The notes beneath the pieces were generated by a model, which was given only the letters and a program-made list of their open reading frames with translations, was not told the DNA's origin and did no database searches. This document shows, one piece after another, positions 10,344 through 19,948 of a stretch of 45,516 nt of DNA. Numbering within the stretch: the stretch's first letter is position 1; each line of letters starts with the position of its first letter. The translations under genes were made by a program, and so were the position numbers. This DNA is from Thecamonas trahens ATCC 50062 (taxonomy: Eukaryota > Protista > Apusomonadida). The stretch is taken from positions 161,255 to 206,770 of the forward strand of contig NW_013657639.1 of the NCBI RefSeq assembly GCF_000142905.1, in the 5' to 3' direction.

Positions 10344-11405
10344 ATGCACAACCACCGGCAGTTGCGGTGGCATTGGGCAGTTGTGTCTGCGGTGCTTGTT
10401 GTGGTTTACAGCGTGGTGGGCGTCTTTGGTGGCCTGTGCTTCGCCAAGCAGATGAAGCAGCGCGGGCACCTGTGGCAGCGACTCTTCTACCTCTTCCTCA
10501 TGCTCGGATGTGGCGGGCGTGTGGTCTACTTTGGCATTCTCGAGTATATCACCGTTGCCGATGCCCGCATACCTACCTCTCTGCTCTTTGTGGCCAACAC
10601 CGTCTCGCCCTTTCTCTTCTTCTCGGCCTTTCTCATCCTCCTCTTCCTCCTCGTCGAGATCTACCACGGCGAGCTTCGCCACGCCCGGCTCTTTGTCACC
10701 CTCAACGTGATGATGTACGCTACCTACGGTGCGTGCGTCATCACCAACTGCATCATTGCTCGCAACGACGGCTACAACGAGGACCGCCGGTCGACAAAGC
10801 TGGAGAACGCCGTCATTGTCTCGTCGGCGTCCATGTATCTCATCACTGCCGCCTGCTTTGCCGTCTACGGCGCACGCCTTCGTGTCGTCATCCGCAAGCT
10901 CGCCCTCAACAAGATCCGCACCCAGCTGCTCTTCAAGATCACGTCCATCGCCACTGTGGTGACCGTCTTCTTTGTCATTCGCTCGGGCTTTGTCCTCTAC
11001 GCCATGATCCACCAGCACGTCAACCTCGACTGGTGGTTCGTCGGCCTCTACTACATCATTCTCGAGGCTACCCCCATGGTCTGTATGCTCTACATTCTCC
11101 GCCGCCACTCGCTCTCCAACCCGGGCTACGAGTCGTCGTCGGGCAAGCTCATCGTCAACCAGCGCGAGAAGCACCCCGCGTACCTTTCCCTCGCGCACAC
11201 TGCTGCTCCGCCGCCCACACCACCCTCACCCTACATCTCCTACGCAGCATACACCGCTCGCGATCCCCTCCTTCCCTCTTCTGGCGGCGCCCTTCCGCCC
11301 GTCTCAAGCCATGCGCCCGGCCCGTCCGTCTCCCAACCTCTGCCCGCCCGCCCGCCTGCATCATCTGCTGCCGCCCGTCTGTCCACCGGCTCGGTGGAGA
11401 AGTGA
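10344..11405 (+). CDS. Seven-TM protein of the TOM1/THH1 (DUF1084)/GPR137-like family
   Basis: Seven hydrophobic helices with family-type motifs FFSAF.IL...VEIY, F.VYG.RL, F.IR and YY...E..P...LYIL. A possible extra 5' exon (ATG 10206, intron 10216-10329) is frame-compatible but speculative. Confidence 0.78.
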   Translation: MHNHRQLRWHWAVVSAVLVVVYSVVGVFGGLCFAKQMKQRGHLWQRLFYLFLMLGCGGRVVYFGILEYITVADARIPTSLLFVANTVSPFLFFSAFLILLFLLVEIYHGELRHARLFVTLNVMMYATYGACVITNCIIARNDGYNEDRRSTKLENAVIVSSASMYLITAACFAVYGARLRVVIRKLALNKIRTQLLFKITSIATVVTVFFVIRSGFVLYAMIHQHVNLDWWFVGLYYIILEATPMVCMLYILRRHSLSNPGYESSSGKLIVNQREKHPAYLSLAHTAAPPPTPPSPYISYAAYTARDPLLPSSGGALPPVSSHAPGPSVSQPLPARPPASSAAARLSTGSVEK

Positions 11406-11618
11406 ACACCACATCAGTTCTCTGGCCCGACTCCTTCCCCCCCCCCCCCCCCCGACTGCTCTTTTCTGCCTGTCCGACCACAAGCTGCGGTGCGAGCCCC
11501 ACATCTTGTTCGTGACCAGCCAGCTCCAGCCAGCCACTCTGCCCCCAGCCGCACCCACTGCCTGTATGAGCATTCGTCTCTTGGGACCCTTTGACTTGCA
11601 ATACCTTTGACTTGCAAC

Positions 11619-14600
11619 ATGGTGGTGCATGGTGGAGCAGTGCTTCTCCTCATCACTCTGGTCGTCTCCCTCTGCCATGGCTATCCCACTGGTGCCGGCA
11701 ACTGCTACACTCCCGGCTCGAGTCCGCACGGTACGGGTGGAGCAGGTGCGGGGGGAAGGGGGGGGGGGGGGGACTNNNNNNNNNNNNNNNNNNNNNNNNN
11801 NNNNNNNNNNNNNNNNNNNNNNNNNNNNNNNNNNNNNNNNNNNNNNNNNNNNNNNNNNNNNNNNNNNNNNNNNNNNNNNNNNNNNNNCGCACGGTACGGG
11901 TGGGAGGCGAGGTGGCGGGGGAGGGGGGGGGGGGGAGGGGGGGGGAGGGTGTTGGAGAGAGACTCACGTAAGGGAGCATGTGTGTGTGTGTGTATGTGTA
12001 TGTCTGTCTCTCTCTCTGTGCATGTGTGTGCATGTGTGTGCATGTGTGTGCATGTGCGGCCTTTCGTGTTGCTGTGGTACATGTCGTTGCCGCCTCCACT
12101 TCCGATCGTCGCCGCCTTGACATGGTAGGGGCCGAGAAACCGGCTACGGGCATCGTCCCCTCGCCTGCTTTCTTCTACTTTGCAGAAAACGGGCCCGGCG
12201 TGCCGCTGACTCTTCAGTCTTCCGCTGCTGATACCATCTACCGCGGCTTTCTCCTGTTTGCCTCTGACCCAGCGTCGTCGCCGACTTCGCCGCGGTACGG
12301 CGCGCTGGACATCACCTCGGGCGCGATGAAGTCCAAGACCTGCGACGGCTCAGCCGTCGCTACCCTCACCCATACCGCGCGTTCGGCCAAGCTCACACTC
12401 GCCACCACATGGCATCCGCCGGCGGTTGCATCCGAGAACGCGCCCGTCGCTGATCACGTCGCCATCCACGCTGTCGTCGTGACAGAGACCCCGTACTGGT
12501 ACCGTGCCGTCTCGGGCGTCATGCACCATGTCGACGCCTACAATGTTCGCCTCGCCCACGCCGACGGCTCATCGGCAGGTGCCTCGCACCTCTCTCCCCC
12601 GTTCTCCCGCGCAACTCTCGACTACTCGGCACTGGTCACCTCCAACTTGCTCAACATCTCGTCTGACTTTATGGGGCCCGGTCGGCCTGAGCTCTTCTCC
12701 GAAGATCTTGGCCTTGCCGGCGTTGTTATTCCGCCGGCAGGCCTCAACGTCTTGCTGCCTGGATCGGGGTTGTACGAGCTCGTTGTCGATGTCCGCGGCG
12801 ACGACGGTACCCTTGCCAAAGAGTACATCATCCACGTCGAGGCCCGCATCCACAACGCCTCCTGCGCCGCCACCCGCCCCATTGTCAACGACATCCTCCT
12901 CTCAGGCCTTGCTGCGTCGGCGCTCTCGCCGCCGTTTGACCCTGCGGCAGATGCCGCCTCGGGCACTCGCTACGCCGCCGCCGCCGCCGCCTCCGAGTCC
13001 GAGGTCGTGTTTGGTGTCGACGTGACCCCCGCGGCTGCCCGCACACCGTCACCATCGCCTCGCTCAACTCGTCCGAAGAGTGGCGCTACGTCGGCGACGG
13101 CTTTGTCTGGTCCGCCTCGCTTCCGCTCGTCACAGGCACCAACTCGTTTGCAGTCAACGTCACCGGTGACGCCGCCTGGTCGTCGTATGTTCTCGACATC
13201 ACCCGCGCCTCACCACCACCGCCGCCGCCATCGCCGCCGCCTCCGTTTCCACCCTCACCGCCGCCCCCATCCCCACCACCATCATCGTTTGCTTCACCAC
13301 CACCGCCACCGCTGTCGCCGCCGCCGTCGCCGCCGCCGTCGCCACCGCCGTCGCCTCCACCACCAACGGTCCCAACTTATCTTTACTCGATCGTCGTCGA
13401 CCAGGCTACCGACTACTCAGTCTCGTGGGCGCTCGACAGCGTCGCAGGCACGCTCGCGGTCCAGCTCCGTGCCGAGACTCAGGGCTGGATCGGCTTTGGC
13501 TTCTCGCCCTCGGGCTCCATGGCCAACGCCGACGTTTGGATCGCCTGGATCGACGACAGCCCGGGTTCGAGCTGCGCTGCAGGCTGCGTATTTGACTACA
13601 ACGTCAATGGTCACACCCGCCCCTCGCTGGATGCCCAGCAAGATGTGGTGCTCTCCCGCGCCGTGCGGGAGGGCGGCTACCTCGTCGTCGACCTCGTCCG
13701 CGCGCTCAACACCGGCGACAGCGACGACTGGGAAATTGACGTCAACGCAGCCGCGCCCATCGCTACCATTCACGCCGTCCGCATCGAGGCTTCTGGCCTG
13801 CCGTCGTCCGACGGAACCGGATTCTCCATCCACACTGCCGGCAATGCCGCGACAACCATCGACTACGCCCGACGGCCGACCGACCCGCCACCGCCGCCGC
13901 CGGCGCCGTCCAGCTCGTCACCGGCGCCTGTCGTGTCCGACTCGACCCGGCCCAAGGCCACCACCGTCCACATTGTCCACGGTCTCCTTGCTGTCGTTGT
14001 CTGGCTCGTCATGCAGCCGCTCTCCTTCATCTTTGTCCGCTACATCCGCTTCTACCGCAAGCAGCAGGCCAAGGATCAGGAGCGGGCCGAGATGTGGCGC
14101 CGCCGCAACGAGAGGCTTGCCGGCGAAACCCTGCCGTCGCCGTCAAACCCGCCGTCGGTGTCGGATGAGCCCGAGCTCGACGAGTCTGGCCACGTCGTCA
14201 CACGCATGGTTCTCCCGTCGGACGTGCTGCCGAACCGCCGCCCGGGCCTCCTCTTTGCCGCCGAGGCCCTCGGGGTGCTCGTCACTTTTGTTGTGGTGGT
14301 CATGGGCCTCGCCTCTGTCGACGGCTCAAACGGCGCCCACGCCCTACACATGTGGGGTGGCGTGGCGCTTTTTGCCTCGGCCGTCGTCCAGCTCGCCCTT
14401 GCCTTTATGACCCGCTCGGTCGAGGCTGCCACCTGCTATCGCCCGACCCACGACACACTCCAGGGCGTGAACTGGCTCCTCGCCCTCGTCGTCTCGCTTA
14501 ACGGCCTCGTCATCGCGGTATCGCCGTGGTACCTGCACATCCTGGTCTGGTTCTTTGCCTTTGGCGCCATCGTCGTTGTTGCCGTTCTCGCCTACAAGAA

Positions 14601-15216
14601 GCACGCCTGGCGCAAGGCCGCCGCCGCCGCCGCTGCCAACGCGAGCGAGACAATTGCGGCTGCCCGCGCCGGCGATTCGCCGTCGACAGCCTCGTTTGAC
14701 GCCTCGGCGTCAGCCGACTCTGAGCATCGTCCGGCCGGCGCATCCGCAGCTCCCGCCAAGCCGTCCAAGCCTGCCTTTGGCGACGACGCGCGATCCGCCT
14801 CCGGCGGCTACTCGTCGTACTACGATGACGACCAAGGTGACACAAAGCCAGTTCCCAAGCCCGTCGCTCCGGGCCCTGAATCAGTGTCGGCTGACGAGCC
14901 TGTGGCGTTGGGCGACGTTGCTCTGCAGCCGATCGCGCCGCCGACCGACGATGCTGCGCCGAGTCAATCCCGGCGCGATGCTCGCCGTCGCGTACCTGCG
15001 TCCACGTCCACGCCCACGCCCAAGCCCGTCCGCCGCGCACCAGCGCCACCCCAGACTGCCCCTGTACCAGCTCCTGCCGCCCCGGCTCCAGAGTTCAACG
15101 CCGACTTTGGCGCTGCTTTTGAGGCCGACTTTAACGAGTTCACTGAGCCCAAGCCCAAGCTCAAGCCCAACCCCGCTTCCGAGCCCGGAGCATCTTTCAG
15201 CTCGTTTAGCGAGTAA
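11619..15216 (+). CDS. FRRS1/SDR2-like protein: signal peptide - Reeler - two cadherin-like beta-sandwiches - Pro-rich stalk - DOMON - cytochrome b561-like TM region
   Basis: Signal peptide then YPTGA..C. Intron 11731-12128. Reeler motifs YRGFLL.A, C......LTH...K....W.PP. Two LSPPF....Y modules. -1 shift at the C5 run 13026-13030. DOMON GWIGFGFSPSGSMANADVWIAW...FDY.......P.LD.QQD. TM helices with HGLL, HALH and PTHD. Confidence 0.8.
11776..11887. other. Assembly gap (112 N) inside the intron of the Reeler-DOMON gene
   Basis: Run of N flanked by poly-G tracts. Confidence 0.99.
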
Positions 15217-15236
15217 ATGCGACTCTTGCACGGCGA

Positions 15237-16868
15237 CTACACCCGCGCAAGCTCGAGCATGGCATGCCCGAGCATGACCTCGCCGAGACCCGGATACAGG
15301 TGGTTCATGTGCTCCGGCAAGAGGCCGACAATGTTGTCGAGCTGGGGTGACGGCTGGTGGGCCAGGATGGAGGCCATCTGGTAGTTGAAGCCAACGGCGC
15401 GCATGGCAGCGGAGCGGAGCTGGGCAAAGTGCCACTGCCAGACGATGGCGGCCACTGCGTGGGTCAGCGCCGTTCGGGTCTTCATCACCGCAAACGATGG
15501 TGGGAGGTGGCCGCCGTCACGGCCCCAGTCGATGCGGAGGCCCGAAAAGAAGGTTTGCAGCTCGACGTCGTCGCGAACGGCCTCATCCGAGTCGTACGCG
15601 GCAATCACAAATTCCACCGCGTCGTCGAGGTGCGCGCGCCACTCGGATGCGCGCTGGTGCGCCCACGGAAGTGGCGACGCGGGATCGCGAAAGACTGACA
15701 ATCCGCGGTTCGCCATCCACTCGTCATAGTCCCCAAACGTGCAGGTGCGCCAAGCATGCTGGGCCGCGGCCACCGCGCCGCCTCGGGTCAGCCCAAACCC
15801 GCGCTCGAGGAGACCGCCCTCGACCAGCAGCGCCTCCGCGAGGTCAACCTTGCTCGCCCACCGGGACCCGATCTTGGGCGCAAGCAGCTCGCGGATCGGG
15901 TGGCCGGGCGAGAGCGCGGCGCCGACGTGGTACGCCACGAGGCCTTCGATCCGCAGATGGAAGCAGACAAGTGACGAAAGGATAGTGTCGGCAAGGAGGC
16001 CACCCCGCGCGAGCGTCAGCAGGACGTCGGTCCGTGGATCCGGCGCGTGGATAATGACGTCCGCGGTGTGGTTCCACACGCCAAGCAGGGTCAATTTTGA
16101 AGGCATGGCAACGTTGGGCTCCTCCGAGAAGAACACCGGCGAGAGATCAAGGCTGATGTGGTCGTCAGTCCGCTCGAATGCCTGCCAATGCGAGAGGTTG
16201 GCGACGAGCTCCCACAGCACCGGGTGGTTGCGGATCTTTGCGAGCTTCATCCGGTGCGAGGCCCGCGTCGCAAACATTCCCAGTCCACCGTCACCCATCA
16301 GTGCCGACCGGCCGTAAGGCGGATACGTGAGCCAGTTCTCGAGACGGGCCTCGGCGCCGTACCCGAGCTCAATCTCCTCGTCGAGCTCGACCCGTACTGG
16401 CGCTGGCGTCTCGCAATCGTCAAACAGACTTTCTGCCAGCCGCTGCTCGGCCGCCACCCACGATGGCTCGGCGGCGTCGAGGTACAGTACCGGTGATGCC
16501 GCCGCCAGGGCTGCCAACCATGACCGCACGTGCGCCAGAGCTGCGGCGGGCAAGTGAGCAAGCGACAAGCCGGCAGCCGGCGCAGCACTGGCCGGCGCCG
16601 GGAGGAGCAGATGTGGGAGGACGTTGGCGAGGGCCGGCGGTGGGAAGTACGCCGCGATGCAGCATGGCGGCATGTCCGATGAAGGCGAGGCGGCTGTGGT
16701 GCGAGTCGGCGCGGCTAGGGCAAAGAGGAAGGCTGCGCCCGGGTCGACGCCTCCCATGACCAGACCGAGTGTGGTGGTGACGACTGGCGTGAGGTACCAG
16801 ACGAGGGCGGCGAGAGTGGCAAAGGTGGCGAGGGTCGCGACGGCGACAATCTTTGTGCATGTAACCAT
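15237..16868 (-). CDS. Lipoxygenase-fold protein, degenerate and C-terminally truncated, with N-terminal membrane anchor
   Basis: LOX signatures in order: LAR....AD, HL.IE, L.PGHPIRELLAP, LAEALLVEGG, W.ANRG, YDSDEAVRDDVELQTFF, KTRTAL...VA.IVW. N-terminal hydrophobic segment IVAVATLATFATLAALVWYL. Confidence 0.72.
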   Translation of the reverse strand: MVTCTKIVAVATLATFATLAALVWYLTPVVTTTLGLVMGGVDPGAAFLFALAAPTRTTAASPSSDMPPCCIAAYFPPPALANVLPHLLLPAPASAAPAAGLSLAHLPAAALAHVRSWLAALAAASPVLYLDAAEPSWVAAEQRLAESLFDDCETPAPVRVELDEEIELGYGAEARLENWLTYPPYGRSALMGDGGLGMFATRASHRMKLAKIRNHPVLWELVANLSHWQAFERTDDHISLDLSPVFFSEEPNVAMPSKLTLLGVWNHTADVIIHAPDPRTDVLLTLARGGLLADTILSSLVCFHLRIEGLVAYHVGAALSPGHPIRELLAPKIGSRWASKVDLAEALLVEGGLLERGFGLTRGGAVAAAQHAWRTCTFGDYDEWMANRGLSVFRDPASPLPWAHQRASEWRAHLDDAVEFVIAAYDSDEAVRDDVELQTFFSGLRIDWGRDGGHLPPSFAVMKTRTALTHAVAAIVWQWHFAQLRSAAMRAVGFNYQMASILAHQPSPQLDNIVGLLPEHMNHLYPGLGEVMLGHAMLELARV

Positions 16869-17028
16869 TGTATGTATGCGGTGTAGGTGGGTGGGTGTGT
16901 ATGGAGGGTGTGTGTGTGTGGTGGGGGGTGGGGGGGGGGGGGGGGGGGGGGTGGGAGCGGCCTGTGCTCGTCAGAGTGAGGTGCCAGGGCGAGGTGTTGG
17001 CGCCGGACAACTGGCGACAGAGCACCCA

Positions 17029-17065
17029 CCCGAGCTTCGGCCCCGAGCTTCGGCCCCGAGCTTCG
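17029..17065. repeat. 13-bp tandem repeat x3 (CCCGAGCTTCGGC)
   Basis: Read directly; each full unit contains the inverted repeat CCGA-GCT-TCGG. Confidence 0.85.
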
Positions 17066-17167
17066 TCGGCTTTGGCATCCCATACCAATCATTGCGTAGT
17101 GTTTTAGATGGTGGAGTAGTAGGGTGGAGGGAGAAATGCATGCATGTGTGTGCAGTGCAACAAGCGC

Positions 17168-19948
17168 TTACGCGTCGTCGCCATCCTCGTCGACGGCAGC
17201 CGGGCCATCGCCCGAGGGCTTGGACGACTTGCCCATACCGGTGATCTTGCCGAGCTTGTTGTAGATGCCCGAGGAGAACGAGACAAGGACGGAGATGTCG
17301 CTGGTGGAGATGCCCGAGACCCAGCCGCGGCGGTAGGCCGAGGCGGCAGCGGCGATGACCCAACCGATCTCGAGGCAAGCGTACTTGGACGCGCCCTGGA
17401 TCGACTTGGAGAGGATGGGCTTGCAGAGGAGCTGGACAAACTCCGACTTGACGGGCTTCTCGCCAGACTTGAAGCCAGGCAGCTTGCCGCCGCCAGGCAG
17501 CTTGGGCGCACCGGGCAGGTTGCCGGGCAGCTTGGGCGCCGACGGGAGGCCAGGCAGCTTGGGCATGTTCGGCACGAAGTCGGCAATGTTGAGGTCAAAC
17601 TTGGGCAGCTCGATGGAGGAGACAACCGAAATGCACGCCTCGAGGATCTTCTTGCCCGGCATGGACGGCGGGTCCGGGAAGGGGATGGGGGACAGGTTGG
17701 CCGCGTCCTCCTTCATGCGGGTGAGGCACTCGGTGAGCGACGGGAACGAGCCCATGTCCGGCAGAGTCTTGCCCTCGAGCTTGTCAAGGATCTTCTGGAT
17801 GGCGTCACCCGGCGAGAGCGACGGCGGCTTGGGCAGCGGAATGGCGCCGAGCAGCTTGCCGCACGACTTGCCGATGGCCTTGAGGATGCCGACGAGCGAG
17901 AACGAGTCGGGCAGGCCAAAATCGATGTCGCCCAGCGACTTGACCTTCTCGATGATCTTCTCGAGCATGCCGGGCACCTTGGGGTCCGACTCCTCAACCT
18001 CAGGCTCGTCGAGGTCCATGCCCGCGAGCGCAGACGCGACGGCGCCCGACGCCGAGCCGGCGTCCGACGGCGGCGGCAGGTTGGCCGCGCACGCGTACGG
18101 CGAGCGCGTCGTGCCGCCCGACGAGCCAGAGTCGTCGTCGTCGCCGCCACCAGGCTTGCACTTGGTGTACAGCTCGAGGAGGTCCGGGCACGTCAGCTTG
18201 GGCATCGACGGCTTGGGCATCGACGGCATCTCAATCTCCTTGAGCTTGTCGACCATGGCCTTGAGCATGTCGCACACACCCTCGACCAGGTTGGGGATCT
18301 TGGGCATCTTGAACTTCTTCGGCGGCTCATCCTCCTTGCGGAGGCGCGAGGTAAAGTACTTGATCGCATGCGGCGGTCCACGGAAGCCGCCGCGGCCGGG
18401 CAGGTTGATGTCCGGGCCGTCGGGCAGGTTGACATCGGGCAGGTTGACGTCGGGCAGGTTGACGTCAGGCGCGTCGGGAAGGTTGACGTCGGGCAGGTCC
18501 GGCATGTTCGGCATCTTGCCCGGCAGCGAGCCGCCAGTCACCGACGGCGCGCCGCCGGCCTTGGTCTTGAACTCGCCCACGTTGACGTACGAGTAGTACT
18601 GGTGCGAGATGCGGTGCAGCTTCTTGGCCTTCTTGAGCTTGCCCTTGAACTTGGGCACCGCCGTGTACGTGGCACGGTCGGTGACCACCACCATCCGGTC
18701 CTGCTGCATGCCCTTCCAGTTGATCTTGGTCACAAGCCAGCCGCCGATGAGCTCCTCGGGCGTCTCCGGGTCGAGCCCGCGGTCGATGAGCGCCTGCCGC
18801 TCGTCCTCGGCAGTGTCCTCCATGATCGCCTTCTCACGGTACGCAGGCGTGTTGATGTACTCGACCACAATCTTGGCCGCGTTGCGCTCGTGGTTGTCCT
18901 TGGGGTAGAAGCACGGGTAGTTGAGGATCTTGCGGAGCCAGTCAAAGTCACCGCGGCGGATCTCCCACGAGGTGCAGACCGAGCGCAGAAAGTCGATCTT
19001 CTTGTCGTGTGCGTCCGCGTCCATCTCCTCGAACTTGCCAAACCGGAAGAGCCGGAGCACCTGGTTCGACACACGCCGAATGTCCCACGACGACGCGTAG
19101 TGCCACGAGTACCGGTCATGCGCAAAGAGCGACTTGATCGTCATCACCTTCGACTCCATGCCGTACTTGACCACAGACTGGTCGTGCCACCAGTACGAGA
19201 CGCCCTCCGGTGGCGGCTGGTACCGCCCACACTTGATCACAATCTTTGAGAACGCAGTCTGCTTCTCCTCGTCCGAATAGTCCTCGTACCATCCGCCCTG
19301 CCCGGCCCACTTGACCGGCCGCCACGAGTAGTATGCGCTCCACGACGACGCGTTCTTGAGTGCCACAGCCTTCATCTTCTTGCCCTCAAACTCGGACGCA
19401 GCCTCCTCCGTAAAGTCAAACGTGTCCCAGTCGGTCTCGCACGTCACACCGCCCCAACCAGACTCGGACGCCTCCGCCGCAGCCTCGTTGATCTTGGTGA
19501 TGTACCCCTCGTGGAGCTCATAGTGGATCACAAGCGCCACAGTGATGTCCGACCGGTAGAAGCAGTGCCAGTAGCAGCAGAACGACGTCGTGATCACAAG
19601 GTCGTTGCCCTCCACCTTGCACCGGTCGTCACGCGGGAGCCCGTCGTTGTTGTGCCGGAAGATGATCTTGTCCAGCGCAGAGAGCTTGTCCTGCCCGTCG
19701 TAGTTGTTGACGCAGTCCTTGATCGCATCCTCAACATACCCAAACGTGTACCACCCAGTCCACGACGTGAGGTGGTAGAACACACGCCCGGGGTTGTTGG
19801 CCGCCTCGAACGAGTCCCAGTCGACCTCAAACGTAGGGCCAGACCCACCGAGATGCTGCGCAATCTGCGGCTGGTACTTGTTGATGGCCTCAGTCACCTT
19901 GGTCTTGCACTCATCCAGAGTCATAGGCATGATCTGCTCACCCGCCAT
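17168..19948 (-). CDS. 926-aa protein: duplicated N-terminal domain of unknown function, hSac2/PH-like domain and Pro/Lys/Met-rich pentapeptide repeats
   Basis: Long ORF with strong GC3 codon bias. ELIGGWLVTKINWKGMQQDRMVVVTDRATY resembles the W.L..IN.W...Q.R...LT..A.Y start of hSac2/PH-like domains. LPDVN and PKLP repeats follow. The coding status is secure; the domain call is weaker. Confidence 0.75.
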   Translation of the reverse strand: MAGEQIMPMTLDECKTKVTEAINKYQPQIAQHLGGSGPTFEVDWDSFEAANNPGRVFYHLTSWTGWYTFGYVEDAIKDCVNNYDGQDKLSALDKIIFRHNNDGLPRDDRCKVEGNDLVITTSFCCYWHCFYRSDITVALVIHYELHEGYITKINEAAAEASESGWGGVTCETDWDTFDFTEEAASEFEGKKMKAVALKNASSWSAYYSWRPVKWAGQGGWYEDYSDEEKQTAFSKIVIKCGRYQPPPEGVSYWWHDQSVVKYGMESKVMTIKSLFAHDRYSWHYASSWDIRRVSNQVLRLFRFGKFEEMDADAHDKKIDFLRSVCTSWEIRRGDFDWLRKILNYPCFYPKDNHERNAAKIVVEYINTPAYREKAIMEDTAEDERQALIDRGLDPETPEELIGGWLVTKINWKGMQQDRMVVVTDRATYTAVPKFKGKLKKAKKLHRISHQYYSYVNVGEFKTKAGGAPSVTGGSLPGKMPNMPDLPDVNLPDAPDVNLPDVNLPDVNLPDGPDINLPGRGGFRGPPHAIKYFTSRLRKEDEPPKKFKMPKIPNLVEGVCDMLKAMVDKLKEIEMPSMPKPSMPKLTCPDLLELYTKCKPGGGDDDDSGSSGGTTRSPYACAANLPPPSDAGSASGAVASALAGMDLDEPEVEESDPKVPGMLEKIIEKVKSLGDIDFGLPDSFSLVGILKAIGKSCGKLLGAIPLPKPPSLSPGDAIQKILDKLEGKTLPDMGSFPSLTECLTRMKEDAANLSPIPFPDPPSMPGKKILEACISVVSSIELPKFDLNIADFVPNMPKLPGLPSAPKLPGNLPGAPKLPGGGKLPGFKSGEKPVKSEFVQLLCKPILSKSIQGASKYACLEIGWVIAAAASAYRRGWVSGISTSDISVLVSFSSGIYNKLGKITGMGKSSKPSGDGPAAVDEDGDDA

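Noticed and set aside
11588-11617. 14-bp direct repeat CCTTTGACTTGCAA just before an ATG (and a 15-bp duplication near 5195-5226 before the PB1 ATG) as TSDs or regulatory sites
   Set aside because: No element lies between the copies and the two repeats share no sequence; local slippage duplications are common in this window.
11725-11945. Duplicated CGCACGGTACGGGTGG plus poly-G on both sides of the N gap (apparent duplicated splice donor)
   Set aside because: Most simply two overlapping low-quality contig ends of the same sequence.
11978-14410. 810-aa ORF taken as a complete protein with an Arg/His-rich C-terminus
   Set aside because: The start lies in an intron, and after 13030 it is the wrong frame of the Pro-rich/DOMON region.
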